From: Bacteroidota bacterium
Lineage (GTDB): Bacteria; Bacteroidota; Bacteroidia; Chitinophagales; Chitinophagaceae
Reading direction: 5' to 3'
Assembly: GCA_947460595.1 (NCBI GenBank)
Contig: CANHGS010000003.1
Coordinates: forward strand, 114,707 to 178,706
Length of the DNA: 64,000 nt
Below the pieces are notes generated by a model. That model was given only the letters and a program-made list of their open reading frames with translations. It was not told where the DNA came from and did not search any database. Made by a program: the position numbers and the translations under genes. Of the stretch, positions 28,126-38,510 are shown in pieces. The stretch's first letter is position 1. Each line of letters starts with the position of its first letter.

Positions 28126-29529
28126 ATGGGTATGAGGTTCCAAATTACTTTTCTTTTGCTTTTAACATTTAACATTTTTGCAAATGCGCAGCAGAAGAAA
28201 CCAAATATTGTTTTCATTCTTACTGATAATCTCGGTTACGGTGAAATTGGTTGCTACGGTGGTGGAGCTACGCGTGGTGCGCCAACACCCCGCATTGATA
28301 AACTGGCAACGGAAGGTATTCGTTTAACGAATATGAATATGGAAACACAATGCACACCAAGTCGCTCAAGTTTATTGACTGGCCGTTTTGCCATACGTTC
28401 CGGCACTTATGCTGTTCCTTTTGGTGGCGTACCAGATGGATTGACGCAATGGGAAATCACTATTGGTGAAGCTTTGTCAGATGCAGGTTATGCAACAGGA
28501 TATTATGGTAAGTGGCATCTCGGTAGTCACAACGGGAGACTGCCTAATGACCAAGGTTTTGATGAGTGGTATGGAATACCACGAACTACTGATGAGGCGC
28601 TTTGGTCAACATCTGTAGGATACTCTCCAGATATAGTTCCCTTAGAAAAAATAATGGAAGGCAAAAAAGGAGAAAAAAGTAGGGAACTTAAAGAATATAC
28701 CGTAGAACAGCGTAGACTAATAGATGCTGAAATTACGCAGCGTTCTGTTTCATTTATTGAAAAGCAATCTAAATTAGGCAAGCCATTCTTTACCTATATT
28801 TCTCTTACGCAACCCCATCTTCCAACTATTCCTAACCCTTCTTTTAGTGGCAAAACAGGCAATGGCGACTGGGCTGACATGCTTACTGAAATGGATTATA
28901 ATGTTGGTAGAATCATAGATGCTATTGATAAAGCTGGTGTAACTGAAAATACCATTATCGTTTTCACAAGCGATAACGGACCTGAATACTTCAAGCCATG
29001 GGATGGCTGGGCAGGACCATGGCGTGGACAATATTTCACCGCATTAGAAGGTGGTATTCGGGTGCCCTTTATAATGCGTTGGCCAGCGAAAATAAAATCT
29101 AATGTTGTAAGTAATGAAATTGTTCATGGTGTAGATATGTTTGCAACACTTGCTTCTTTTGGAGCTGCAAAAATTCCGGTTGATCGTCCTTTTGACAGTA
29201 AAGACCAATCTAATTTCTTTTTAGGCAAGAATGTAACATCAAACAGGGAAGGCTTCCCAATATGGTGCAGTAATACCCTAATGGCAGTAAAATGGAAAAA
29301 TTGGAAAATGCATTTTTATAGACAGAATGATATGTTTGACCCTCCTGTTAAAAATCCTATCCCAGTAGTATTTAACTTATTTACAGATCCTCGTGAAGAG
29401 AAACCAACTATTGATTCATGGGTTGTACATCCTATTTTAAAAATGGTAGGAGAGTTTAATCAAAGTCTTGTCAAATTCCCAATAATACCAATGGGAACAC
29501 CTGATCCCTATATTCCACCTAAACAATAA
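28126..29529 (+). CDS. Formylglycine-dependent (S1) sulfatase / arylsulfatase
   Basis: KKPNIVFILTDNLGYG, CTPSRSSLLTG (CxPxR), YYGKWHLG, SDNGP, EGGIRVP. Confidence 0.92.
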   Translation: MGMRFQITFLLLLTFNIFANAQQKKPNIVFILTDNLGYGEIGCYGGGATRGAPTPRIDKLATEGIRLTNMNMETQCTPSRSSLLTGRFAIRSGTYAVPFGGVPDGLTQWEITIGEALSDAGYATGYYGKWHLGSHNGRLPNDQGFDEWYGIPRTTDEALWSTSVGYSPDIVPLEKIMEGKKGEKSRELKEYTVEQRRLIDAEITQRSVSFIEKQSKLGKPFFTYISLTQPHLPTIPNPSFSGKTGNGDWADMLTEMDYNVGRIIDAIDKAGVTENTIIVFTSDNGPEYFKPWDGWAGPWRGQYFTALEGGIRVPFIMRWPAKIKSNVVSNEIVHGVDMFATLASFGAAKIPVDRPFDSKDQSNFFLGKNVTSNREGFPIWCSNTLMAVKWKNWKMHFYRQNDMFDPPVKNPIPVVFNLFTDPREEKPTIDSWVVHPILKMVGEFNQSLVKFPIIPMGTPDPYIPPKQ

Positions 29530-29535
29530 TGAAGC

Positions 29536-29575
29536 ATGTTCAATGAAGCTTTGAGACATTAACTTCATTGAACAT
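29536..29575. terminator. Hairpin between convergent sulfatase and GH20 genes
   Basis: Perfect 13-bp stem ATGTTCAATGAAG / CTTCATTGAACAT. Confidence 0.55.
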
Positions 29576-29622
29576 TAGCAATATTTAAGTTCAGGGAATT
29601 TCTATTTGTACAAGATTTATTT

Positions 29623-32241
29623 TTAGTTTTCTACACTAAATGTTTTACTGCCTCTACCAAGTTTATTGAATGCCCTTAGTTTTACCTTGCCTTCAACTTT
29701 CACAGGCGCTGTATATTCGGTAGAATTTATGGTAGGTTCAGTACCGTCTTTGGTATAGCGGATGATTAATCCGGGAAAAGCTACGTTTGCTTTCAATAAG
29801 CCATTTTCAATGACTGCACCCGGTGGTGCGATACGGTAATTATAAGTTCCAAATAGAAAATCTAACCGTGAGAATTCCCGCTGTCCTATTTGGTTGGAAA
29901 GATCTGACCAACCTGTCCAGATTGCTTTCACTCGTTTTGAAATATTGGCCTCGCTTTCCCAATCCGGCGCTTTGGCCCAGGCTTTTTCTGCAAAAGCAAA
30001 GAGTTTTGGCGTGAGGTAATACTCCAACATAGCAGGCCCTTTAACAGTCTCACTCCATAACTGTGCTTGTATGCCTACAATGTTTTTTTGTGCTTCAACA
30101 TTCAAGTGTTGTTTTACTATACCGGCATCAATTTTTTGAGATTTACGACCAAAAATTGCTTCTTTTTCAGTTAGACGTCCATACTTATCTAAATTGGTAG
30201 ATTTATACACATCCAACGGAGTCATTACATAGGGGTCTAATGCATCTTGGTAACCCGCCCAAACCAAACCGGGCTCATTAGGGTCGGTGTTGTAAGCCAG
30301 ATCAAAATAAAGATTGGTGGCATTGCATAATACAACCTTGTAACCCATATTGGCAATACGGTAACCGAGGTCAATATTCAAACCGGTGTTATCCCAAACC
30401 AAGGGTAAAACATTTTTATTTTTAAACTTTGTATTTACGGTAGAATTATTAGCAACGTCTTTATTCAGAACTATTTCTTCCCAGCCGGCAACCTGCAAGT
30501 CATATTTTTCAAATATGGCAAGTGCTTTTTCAAGGAAATATCCTTGTAACTGACGGGGATTCTCAATTTCGGGATGCGTTTTCATCAGATTGATACAGAG
30601 AGGCGATTTTGCCCAAGCGCCTTTTGGAACTTCGTCGCCGCCAGTGTTAAATATGGTTAGTTTTAAACCAGCCTCCTGATACATGGCCATCATATCCTTC
30701 ACTACCGTTTCATAGAAATGATACACAGAAGGCCGTGCTACACAAACAATATTGTCTTTATACAATTGAGCAGACAAGTAAACTGACTGATCATTGGGAT
30801 CAATTAAACGAAATTCATTAGCTTTTGCGGTATCTCCCTTTGACATAAAACGATCATATCGTGCTTCCATAGCTTTAATAGCTGCACGAGCATGACCGGG
30901 CATTGAAATTTCAGGAATTACCATGATATGTCTTTGATCAGCATATTTAATAATCTCTTTAAATTCATCACGCGTATAGAATCCCTTTCCGTAATTATTT
31001 TCAGAATCAGGGTTTGGTCCTGAACCATAAGATGGTGTAAGCCAATTTTTAGAGTTATTTGTATGTCCACGTTTACTACCAATTTGGGTCAATTCAGGTA
31101 ACCCGTTTATTTCTATGCGCCAACCTTCGTCTTCAGAAAGATGGAGGTTAAGTTTGTTTATCTTATACATAGAAAGAAGATCGATGACCTTAAGTACGTC
31201 TTCCTTTTTGGTGAAATTTCTTGAAACATCGAGCAAGAAACTACGATAGCCAAATCTTGGTGAATCAAGAACCTCTAAACTTTCAACTAGTATCTGATCT
31301 TGTTTTTTTGCTGGCATCAATGCTAAAAGGCTTTGAATACCGTAAAAAACACCAGCGGGGTCGTTGCCTGAGATTACAACTCCGTTTCCTTCCTTAACAT
31401 TTAGAGAATAGGCTTCTTCAGAAACAGCATTTACAGTTATAGCGGATGTTTTCAGGGTAATGCTATTAGGTTCTTTACCGCTTCCTTCTTTCATTAGCAA
31501 TTTGGAACCTAGTATTTTTTCAACATAAGCTACCAGATAATCTGCCTCTTTTTTAAGGCCATTGCTATAATAAACAACAGTGGATTTATCCAAAGTCACA
31601 CCACCTTTCCCTGGTAGTATTGAATAAGGACTTGGGATAATTTTACCAATAGATTCGCTTGGAAGCACTGGTATATTTTGGTTGATTAGGTATTGGTTGG
31701 ACGCTGTTGGAATAGTAGCTATAAAATCAGCATCAGAAAACATCTTTTGATGATCAGTGAAAGGCGTCTTGATTAGTTCTTTGCTAATGATTGCTTCATT
31801 CTCACCTACAACAAGATAGGCGCCTTGTGGAGCGTATTTTTCATTAAAAAGAATACCCGCAGCTTCAAAATCATACACTAGTGAGTCACCTGGGTTAAGC
31901 GTAAAACTACTATTGGGCACAAAGCGGTACAAATCACCGTTTATATGCTCCAATATTCCTTTTGACAAATCATTTGAAGCGTTTGGTTTCAAAAAACCTT
32001 GGTTAAAATACAACGCCCATTTTCCTGTTCTAATGGTATCTGAGCCATTATTAACAAAAGTAAAGGCAGCTTTGAAAGACCCCGCTTCAGTTTCGGGATT
32101 TTTTAATAATTCCCATTTTACTTTTAGGTTTTCAAATACATTTGTAGTAGCTACTTTTGAAGTGCTGCAGCTAAAAAAAGCGGAAATGCAATTAAAGGCT
32201 AATAATATTAATGCAATTTTTTTGAACTCCTTTATTCTCAT
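29623..32241 (-). CDS. GH20 beta-N-acetylhexosaminidase (chitobiase-type) lipoprotein
   Basis: Lipobox FFSC; DSPRFGYRSFLLDVSRNF, HLSEDEGWRIEI, PEISMPGH, GGDEV; start at ATG 32241. Confidence 0.92.
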   Translation of the reverse strand: MRIKEFKKIALILLAFNCISAFFSCSTSKVATTNVFENLKVKWELLKNPETEAGSFKAAFTFVNNGSDTIRTGKWALYFNQGFLKPNASNDLSKGILEHINGDLYRFVPNSSFTLNPGDSLVYDFEAAGILFNEKYAPQGAYLVVGENEAIISKELIKTPFTDHQKMFSDADFIATIPTASNQYLINQNIPVLPSESIGKIIPSPYSILPGKGGVTLDKSTVVYYSNGLKKEADYLVAYVEKILGSKLLMKEGSGKEPNSITLKTSAITVNAVSEEAYSLNVKEGNGVVISGNDPAGVFYGIQSLLALMPAKKQDQILVESLEVLDSPRFGYRSFLLDVSRNFTKKEDVLKVIDLLSMYKINKLNLHLSEDEGWRIEINGLPELTQIGSKRGHTNNSKNWLTPSYGSGPNPDSENNYGKGFYTRDEFKEIIKYADQRHIMVIPEISMPGHARAAIKAMEARYDRFMSKGDTAKANEFRLIDPNDQSVYLSAQLYKDNIVCVARPSVYHFYETVVKDMMAMYQEAGLKLTIFNTGGDEVPKGAWAKSPLCINLMKTHPEIENPRQLQGYFLEKALAIFEKYDLQVAGWEEIVLNKDVANNSTVNTKFKNKNVLPLVWDNTGLNIDLGYRIANMGYKVVLCNATNLYFDLAYNTDPNEPGLVWAGYQDALDPYVMTPLDVYKSTNLDKYGRLTEKEAIFGRKSQKIDAGIVKQHLNVEAQKNIVGIQAQLWSETVKGPAMLEYYLTPKLFAFAEKAWAKAPDWESEANISKRVKAIWTGWSDLSNQIGQREFSRLDFLFGTYNYRIAPPGAVIENGLLKANVAFPGLIIRYTKDGTEPTINSTEYTAPVKVEGKVKLRAFNKLGRGSKTFSVEN

Positions 32242-32340
32242 TTGTTGGCAATTTAATAATTCAATAAGCAATAAATAATATGCTTTATAAAGTTAATATT
32301 TTATAACCATATATAAATTGAAATAGACAGATTATTTACT

Positions 32341-33687
32341 ATGAAAGAAAGAACTATTATCAAAAATATTAGCATCGTAAATGAGGGGCAAATAATTGTT
32401 ACCAACCTATTAATTGAAGATGGCATTATTCGTAAAATTGGCGAACTCGATGAAGTCAATGTCACAGATACAATAGACGGAACAGGTAAGTATTTATTCC
32501 CAGGTATTATTGATGGTCAAGTTCATTTTCGTGAACCTGGGCTAACACATAAAGGAGATATTTATACAGAAAGTAAAGCAGCGATTGCAGGTGGGGTAAC
32601 TTCATTTATAGACATGCCAAATACATTTCCGAATGTATTAACCATTGATATTTTAAATGAAAAATATCAAATTGCATCTGAAAAATCATTAGCCAATTTT
32701 GGTTTCTTTTTAGGTGTTAATGGCGACAACCTTGATGAAGTTATTAAACTAGATACATCCAAGCTTTTGGGTGTTTCAGATGATGGACTTTATTTTACAA
32801 AAAAAGGTAACCTTCTAGCAGACAATCCTGAAACAATGGAAAAGCTATTTGCGAATTGCAAATCCATTATTGCCATACATTCTGAAAAAGAACAGATTGT
32901 TGAAGAGAATGAACAAGCATACAAAGAAAAATATGGTGAACATGTACCTGTTGAATGTCACCCAATCATTAGAAGCGAAAGGGCTTGTTATGAAGCTACC
33001 AAAAGAGCCATTGAAATAGCTAACAAACACAAAGCCAGACTTCATATTTTACATTTGACCACAGAAGCAGAAACACATCTGTTTCGTAATGACATTCCTT
33101 TAGAAGAGAAAAACATTACAACTGAAGTGTCTGTTCATCACTTGTGGTTTTCTGACAAAGACTATGAACGTCTAGGAACATTAATAAAATGGAATCCGGC
33201 TATCAAAACTGAAAACGATAAAAAAGGACTTTTAAAAGCCTTGTTAGATGATAGAATTGATATTGTTACTACAGACCATGCGCCTCATACATTAGATGAA
33301 AAACAAAAACCTTATTTTCAATCAATGTCAGGCGCTCCCATTATTCAGCATTCGTTGAACATTATGCTTGAGTTTTACAAACAGGGTCTTATCTCTTTAG
33401 AGAAAATAGCAGAAAAGATGTGTCATAATCCAGCGATACTTTACAGTATTGAAAAAAGAGGTTTTATTCGGGAAGGATACTTTGCAGACCTCACGATTGT
33501 TGACTTAAATTTAAGTTGGACAGTTAGTAAAGAAAATATTTTATCTAAATGTGCCTGGTCACCATTAGAAGGCACCCTCTTTCAAACAAAACTGACACAT
33601 ACATTTGTAAATGGCAACTTAGTTTACAACAATGGACAATTTAATGAAAGCTTAAAAGGAAAAGCTTTAATGAAATCAAAACAATAG
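32341..33687 (+). CDS. pyrC: Dihydroorotase-like cyclic amidohydrolase
   Basis: IIDGQVHFREPG, GGVTSFIDMPNT, KWNPAIK, TDHAPH, KCAWSPLEG. Confidence 0.78.
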   Translation: MKERTIIKNISIVNEGQIIVTNLLIEDGIIRKIGELDEVNVTDTIDGTGKYLFPGIIDGQVHFREPGLTHKGDIYTESKAAIAGGVTSFIDMPNTFPNVLTIDILNEKYQIASEKSLANFGFFLGVNGDNLDEVIKLDTSKLLGVSDDGLYFTKKGNLLADNPETMEKLFANCKSIIAIHSEKEQIVEENEQAYKEKYGEHVPVECHPIIRSERACYEATKRAIEIANKHKARLHILHLTTEAETHLFRNDIPLEEKNITTEVSVHHLWFSDKDYERLGTLIKWNPAIKTENDKKGLLKALLDDRIDIVTTDHAPHTLDEKQKPYFQSMSGAPIIQHSLNIMLEFYKQGLISLEKIAEKMCHNPAILYSIEKRGFIREGYFADLTIVDLNLSWTVSKENILSKCAWSPLEGTLFQTKLTHTFVNGNLVYNNGQFNESLKGKALMKSKQ

Positions 33688-33701
33688 TTGAACTAATATC
33701 T

Positions 33702-34532
33702 ATGTTTAAAAATAGGAGATTGCTTATAGCTACAAAGCACAAAAAAGAGCTTGTGATTGCACCAATACTTGAAAGAGAATTAGGGGTTATTTGCTTTGTG
33801 GATGAAATTTTTGATACCGATACATTGGGAACATTTACTGGCGAAATAGAAAGAGAATATGACCCAATATCAACGGCAAGAGAAAAGTGTTTACGAGCAA
33901 TGAAAGCTAATAACTGTGATTTGGGAATTGCAAGTGAGGGGTCATTTGGATCACATCCATCTTTGATTTTTGTAAATGCAGATGATGAATTTTTGATTTT
34001 TATTGACTCTTTGAATAAAATTGAAGTAATAGTTAGAGAATTAAGTGCTTCAACTAATTTTAACGGCAAACAAGTCCAAAGCCAAGAAGAACTTTTTGAG
34101 TTTGCTAAGCAAATTGGGTTTCCTTCTCACGGATTAATTCTTCGCAATTCAAAAGACTCAAATGCAGCTATTCATAAAGGGATAACGGATATAGAAGTTT
34201 TAAAAAAAACATTTGAGCATTTCAACACTAATTCTGTTTATGCTGAAACAGATATGAGAGCCCTTTATAATCCAACACGCATGAATGTGATTGAGAAGGC
34301 TGCACAAAAATTGGTAGAAAAAATTAAATCAACTTGCCCACAATGTCAAATGCCAGGTTTTGGAGTAACAGATATTAAAGAAGGTCTTATTTGCAGCTTG
34401 TGTGGATGGCCAACAAATTCAACAGTTAGCTTTATTTATATTTGTCAACATTGCCAATTCAGTAAAGAAGAAATGTATCCTCATAATAAAACAACAGAAG
34501 ACCCTACTTATTGTAACTATTGTAATCCCTAG
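33702..34532 (+). CDS. DUF6671-like protein with C-terminal CxxC clusters
   Basis: ATKHKKE, DTDTLGTFTGEIER, ASEGSFG, ETDMRALYNPTRM, four CxxC pairs. Confidence 0.7.
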   Translation: MFKNRRLLIATKHKKELVIAPILERELGVICFVDEIFDTDTLGTFTGEIEREYDPISTAREKCLRAMKANNCDLGIASEGSFGSHPSLIFVNADDEFLIFIDSLNKIEVIVRELSASTNFNGKQVQSQEELFEFAKQIGFPSHGLILRNSKDSNAAIHKGITDIEVLKKTFEHFNTNSVYAETDMRALYNPTRMNVIEKAAQKLVEKIKSTCPQCQMPGFGVTDIKEGLICSLCGWPTNSTVSFIYICQHCQFSKEEMYPHNKTTEDPTYCNYCNP

Positions 34533-34577
34533 ATATAAAAATTAATTCTACTACCTTGCATAAAATTTGGTAGATAA

Positions 34578-35135
34578 ATGAAAAGGAACCATCATCTGAT
34601 TAAAGCATTTGTTTTTTATACAGTTCTGGCCATCATCCATCTAAGTTGTGACACTCCAAGAACAGAAAAAGAAACGGTTACAAAAGCCAGTCCGGAAATC
34701 TATCAATGTATTCCCTGTGGCTATGACTGTGACAAGCAGGTTTATGACAAAGCTGGTCAATGCCCCAGTTGCCATATGGAATTGGTCAAACAAAGTTCCA
34801 TCATTTTTAAAACCATTCAGCCCTCTGAGATTTGTGCTTATATCAAAAGCCATCCCAATGTAGTTTTGTTAGATGTTAGAACAAAAGAGGAATTTGAAGG
34901 CAAAGCAGAACCCAATTTTGGTAGCCTTAAAAATGCCATCAACCTGCCTATACAAGAATTTGATACAAAATTAAGCAGCATTGATTCTTTGAAAAACAAA
35001 GAAATCATTGTCTTTTGTTCCCATAGTCACCGAAGTCCTAGGGCCAGTCATTTGCTTACCCAAAATGGCTTTACCAATGTAACAAATATGGCTGGGGGTA
35101 TGAGTGTATTAAAGGATAACAGTTGCAAAAAATAA
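34578..35135 (+). CDS. Heavy-metal-binding domain plus rhodanese lipoprotein
   Basis: Lipobox HLSC; YQCIPC...CPSCHMELV; LLDVRT..EF, active-site CSHSHRS. Confidence 0.8.
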   Translation: MKRNHHLIKAFVFYTVLAIIHLSCDTPRTEKETVTKASPEIYQCIPCGYDCDKQVYDKAGQCPSCHMELVKQSSIIFKTIQPSEICAYIKSHPNVVLLDVRTKEEFEGKAEPNFGSLKNAINLPIQEFDTKLSSIDSLKNKEIIVFCSHSHRSPRASHLLTQNGFTNVTNMAGGMSVLKDNSCKK

Positions 35136-35301
35136 TAAATACTACAAACTAGCTGCACAACGGAAACCAGATAGCTTTCAATAAGCCTATTCAGATGTTG
35201 TACTTTTAGAAGAAAAGAAATAAATAGGCAAAAAAATCTGCACTTTTTCTGACTAAATAGTAAATTGTAATACTCATTTAAAAACAGAAAATCAAAACTA
35301 T

Positions 35302-38300
35302 ATGCGTAAAGTATTCTTGTTCTTACTATTAGTAGGAGTAGCAGTAACTGCCATGGCACAATCCAATGCAACATGGTTGCGTTACCCAGCCATATCTCCC
35401 GATGGCAAAACCATTGCTTTTGGTTATAAAGGAGATATTTATCGTGTAGACGTCAATGGTGGGGTGGCTGTTCCACTCACCATTCATGAGGCCCAAGACA
35501 TGATGCCTGTATGGAGTCATGATGGCAAGTCTATTGCATTTGCTAGTGATAGATACGGCAATTTTGATGTCTTTGTCATACCGGCTACTGGTGGAACGCC
35601 AAATAGGATTACCTATAATAGTGCAGCTGATTATCCCTATGATTTTTCAGTTGATAACAACCAAATTATTTTTGGTAGTGGCCGAAATGTTCAAGCAAGT
35701 AATTTGCGTTTTTATAGCCCCAGACTCTTTCAGAACCTTTATACGGTAAGCGTTTCAGGTGGAACCCCTGTATTGGTTTCTGGCGCTGGTATGGATAGGG
35801 CACATTACAATAGTAAGGGCACCCAACTGGTGTTTGAAGACAGAAAGGGTTATGAAGACCCTTGGCGCAAACACCATACTTCTTCTATTACCAGAGATAT
35901 CTGGGTCATGGACATAGCTTCTAACAAGTATAAAAAAATCAGTGGATTTGAAGGCGAAGACAGAGAACCCGTATTTAGCAGTGATGACCAATACGTATAT
36001 TACCTAAGTGAGAAAAATGGCAACCAGAATATTTACAAAACGCCTTTACTGGCCAAAATTGCCGAACAGCAATTGACTAGTTTTAAAAACAATCCCGTTA
36101 GACATTTGAGTATTAGTACCACCAATACTTTATGCTTTACCCAAGATGGTGAGATCTATACCCTTCAAAATGGCGGCTCACCCAAAAAAATTTCCGTTCA
36201 GATTTATAACGATGGCAGACAAAACGTTGAGAAAAATGTAGCAGTGAACGGGAATGTGGGTGAATTTGCCCTATCGCCCAATGGTAAAGAAATTGCCTTT
36301 ATTACCCGTGGTGAATTATTTGTCACTAGTGTAGAGGGGGGACAAACCAAACGCATTACCAATACGCCACAACAAGAACGTATGGTAGAATGGAGTGCCG
36401 ATGGCAAGACCCTAATTTATGCAGCTGAAAGAAACGACAATTGGGATATCTATACCACAAGCATTGTTCGCAAAGAAGAGCCTTATTTTTATGCAGCTAC
36501 GGTGTTAAAAGAAACAGCACTGATTGCTACCAATGCAGAAGAATTTTTGCCCAAGTTCTCTCCCGATGGCAAAGAAGTGGCTTACTTAGAAAATAGAAAT
36601 GTGCTCAAAGTATTCAATCTTGCCAGCAAACAATCAAGGTCCATTATTCCCAAGGGGCATAATTATAGCTATCGCGATGGCGACTTAGATTTTAACTGGA
36701 GTCCTGACGGAAAATATATTTTGGCTGATGATGAATACTTTGGTTTTGGTGGTTCACATGCTGCCGTAATCAAGGCCGATGGTTCTGGCACTATTGAACA
36801 CCCCATTAACAGTGGCTTTGGTGAAGACAATCCCAAATGGGCCGTTGATGGCAAATTGCTTACTTGGATGAATAACCGCGAAGGCCGTCGATCCATTGCG
36901 TTTCAGGGTAATAGAGAAGTAGATATTTATGGTGCATTCTTGGATCAGGCTGCTTATGATCAATTCAAATTATCCAAAGAAGATTTTGCTTTGTTAAAAG
37001 AAAAATTGGCCACCGAAAAGAAAGATAGTTCTGCTAAAAAATGGAGTCCTGATTTTAGTGATTTAGAAAATAGAAAAGTTAGATTAACCATTAATAGTTC
37101 ATCTATTAGCGATTATGCTATTAGCCCTGATGGTAGTAAAATTTATTACCTGGCTTCTTTTGAAAAAGGCTATGACTTATGGGTTACAGAACCCAGAACC
37201 AGAGAAACCAAGATCTTGGTCAAATTGGGTGGAAGCCCCAGTGGTATTGAGATGAGCAAGGATGGCAAAACTGTTTTTGTAACAAACAATGGTAGTTTGC
37301 TAAAAGTAGATGAAACAGGTAAAGCATCGCCCATTGGCGTATCCAGTGAAATGGTTTTGGATGCTACCAAAGAAAGAGCCTATATTTTTGAGCACTGCTG
37401 GCGCCAAGTAAGGGACAAGTTTTATGACCCTACCATCCATGGTATTGACTGGAAAATGTACAAAGAAAGCTATGCCAAATTTCTGCCGCATATTAGCAAC
37501 AACTATGATTTTCAAGAATTGTTGAGTGAAATGTTGGGTGAATTAAATGGCTCACATACTGGTGGCAGATATAGCCCAATCATGCAAAACCCAGATGCTA
37601 CTGCAGCACTTGGTTTGCTCTATGATGAAACCTACACAGGCAATGGTTTAAAAGTAACAGAAGTGATTGCTGGCGGACCTCTTGCCAAAGCCAATAGCAA
37701 TATTAAACCCGGTGCCATCATTGAAAAAATTGATGGTGAAACCTTGGTGAATACGGAAGATTGGGCCAAATACTTAAATAGAAAAATTGGTAAGAACACA
37801 TTACTATCAGTGTTGGATCCCAAGACCAATACCCGTTTTGAAGAAACCGTCAAACCCATTGCATTTGCTGAAGAATCTAGCTTAATGTACAAGCGCTGGA
37901 CCACCCTTATGTATCAATTGGTAGATAAATTGAGTGGCGGCAAGGTTGGATATGTGCACGTACAAGGCATGAACGATGGCAGTTATAGAACCACCATTGA
38001 TGAAGTCATGGGCCGCAACAAACAGAAAGAAGCATTGATAGTTGACACGCGCTTTAATGGCGGTGGCTGGTTGCACAATGACTTAAACACGTTCTTGAGT
38101 GGCAAACAATACTTGGGTTTTGCACCACAAGGTAATCCAGTAAAACCTACTGAACCCATGGATAGGTGGAGCAAACCAAGCTGTGTGGTCATGAGTGAGG
38201 GCAACTATAGCGATGCCTTTATCTTCCCTTATGTGTACAAAGACAATGGCATTGGTAAACTTATTGGTATGCCTGTTCCTGGAACGGGTACTGCCGTTTG

Positions 38301-38499
38301 GTGGGAAACCCAAATTGACCCCACCATAGTTTTTGGCATTCCAATGGTGGCTACCATTGGTAAAGAAAAGCGTCCAACAGAAAACCTGCAATTGGAACCA
38401 GACATGAAAGTATTATTGCCTTATGAAGATTTTCTAAACGGTAAAGATCCACAAATTGAAGCGGCCGTTAAGGAGATGTTGAAGACCATTGGAAAATAA
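35302..38499 (+). CDS. S41 tricorn-like peptidase (PD40 repeats, PDZ)
   Basis: ISPDGKTIAF, WSHDG, ELNGSHTG, GYVHVQGM, DTRFNGGGWL, YSDA. Confidence 0.92.
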   Translation: MRKVFLFLLLVGVAVTAMAQSNATWLRYPAISPDGKTIAFGYKGDIYRVDVNGGVAVPLTIHEAQDMMPVWSHDGKSIAFASDRYGNFDVFVIPATGGTPNRITYNSAADYPYDFSVDNNQIIFGSGRNVQASNLRFYSPRLFQNLYTVSVSGGTPVLVSGAGMDRAHYNSKGTQLVFEDRKGYEDPWRKHHTSSITRDIWVMDIASNKYKKISGFEGEDREPVFSSDDQYVYYLSEKNGNQNIYKTPLLAKIAEQQLTSFKNNPVRHLSISTTNTLCFTQDGEIYTLQNGGSPKKISVQIYNDGRQNVEKNVAVNGNVGEFALSPNGKEIAFITRGELFVTSVEGGQTKRITNTPQQERMVEWSADGKTLIYAAERNDNWDIYTTSIVRKEEPYFYAATVLKETALIATNAEEFLPKFSPDGKEVAYLENRNVLKVFNLASKQSRSIIPKGHNYSYRDGDLDFNWSPDGKYILADDEYFGFGGSHAAVIKADGSGTIEHPINSGFGEDNPKWAVDGKLLTWMNNREGRRSIAFQGNREVDIYGAFLDQAAYDQFKLSKEDFALLKEKLATEKKDSSAKKWSPDFSDLENRKVRLTINSSSISDYAISPDGSKIYYLASFEKGYDLWVTEPRTRETKILVKLGGSPSGIEMSKDGKTVFVTNNGSLLKVDETGKASPIGVSSEMVLDATKERAYIFEHCWRQVRDKFYDPTIHGIDWKMYKESYAKFLPHISNNYDFQELLSEMLGELNGSHTGGRYSPIMQNPDATAALGLLYDETYTGNGLKVTEVIAGGPLAKANSNIKPGAIIEKIDGETLVNTEDWAKYLNRKIGKNTLLSVLDPKTNTRFEETVKPIAFAEESSLMYKRWTTLMYQLVDKLSGGKVGYVHVQGMNDGSYRTTIDEVMGRNKQKEALIVDTRFNGGGWLHNDLNTFLSGKQYLGFAPQGNPVKPTEPMDRWSKPSCVVMSEGNYSDAFIFPYVYKDNGIGKLIGMPVPGTGTAVWWETQIDPTIVFGIPMVATIGKEKRPTENLQLEPDMKVLLPYEDFLNGKDPQIEAAVKEMLKTIGK

Positions 38500-38510
38500 A
38501 ATGCTATAAA

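Noticed and set aside
22900-34560. Intact IS or prophage in the accessory region
   Set aside because: No transposase, terminal inverted repeats with target duplication, or phage genes recognised
35302-37400. Repeated (W/F)SPDG segments as a DNA repeat element
   Set aside because: Ordinary PD40 propeller repeats of tricorn-like peptidases, diverged at the DNA level
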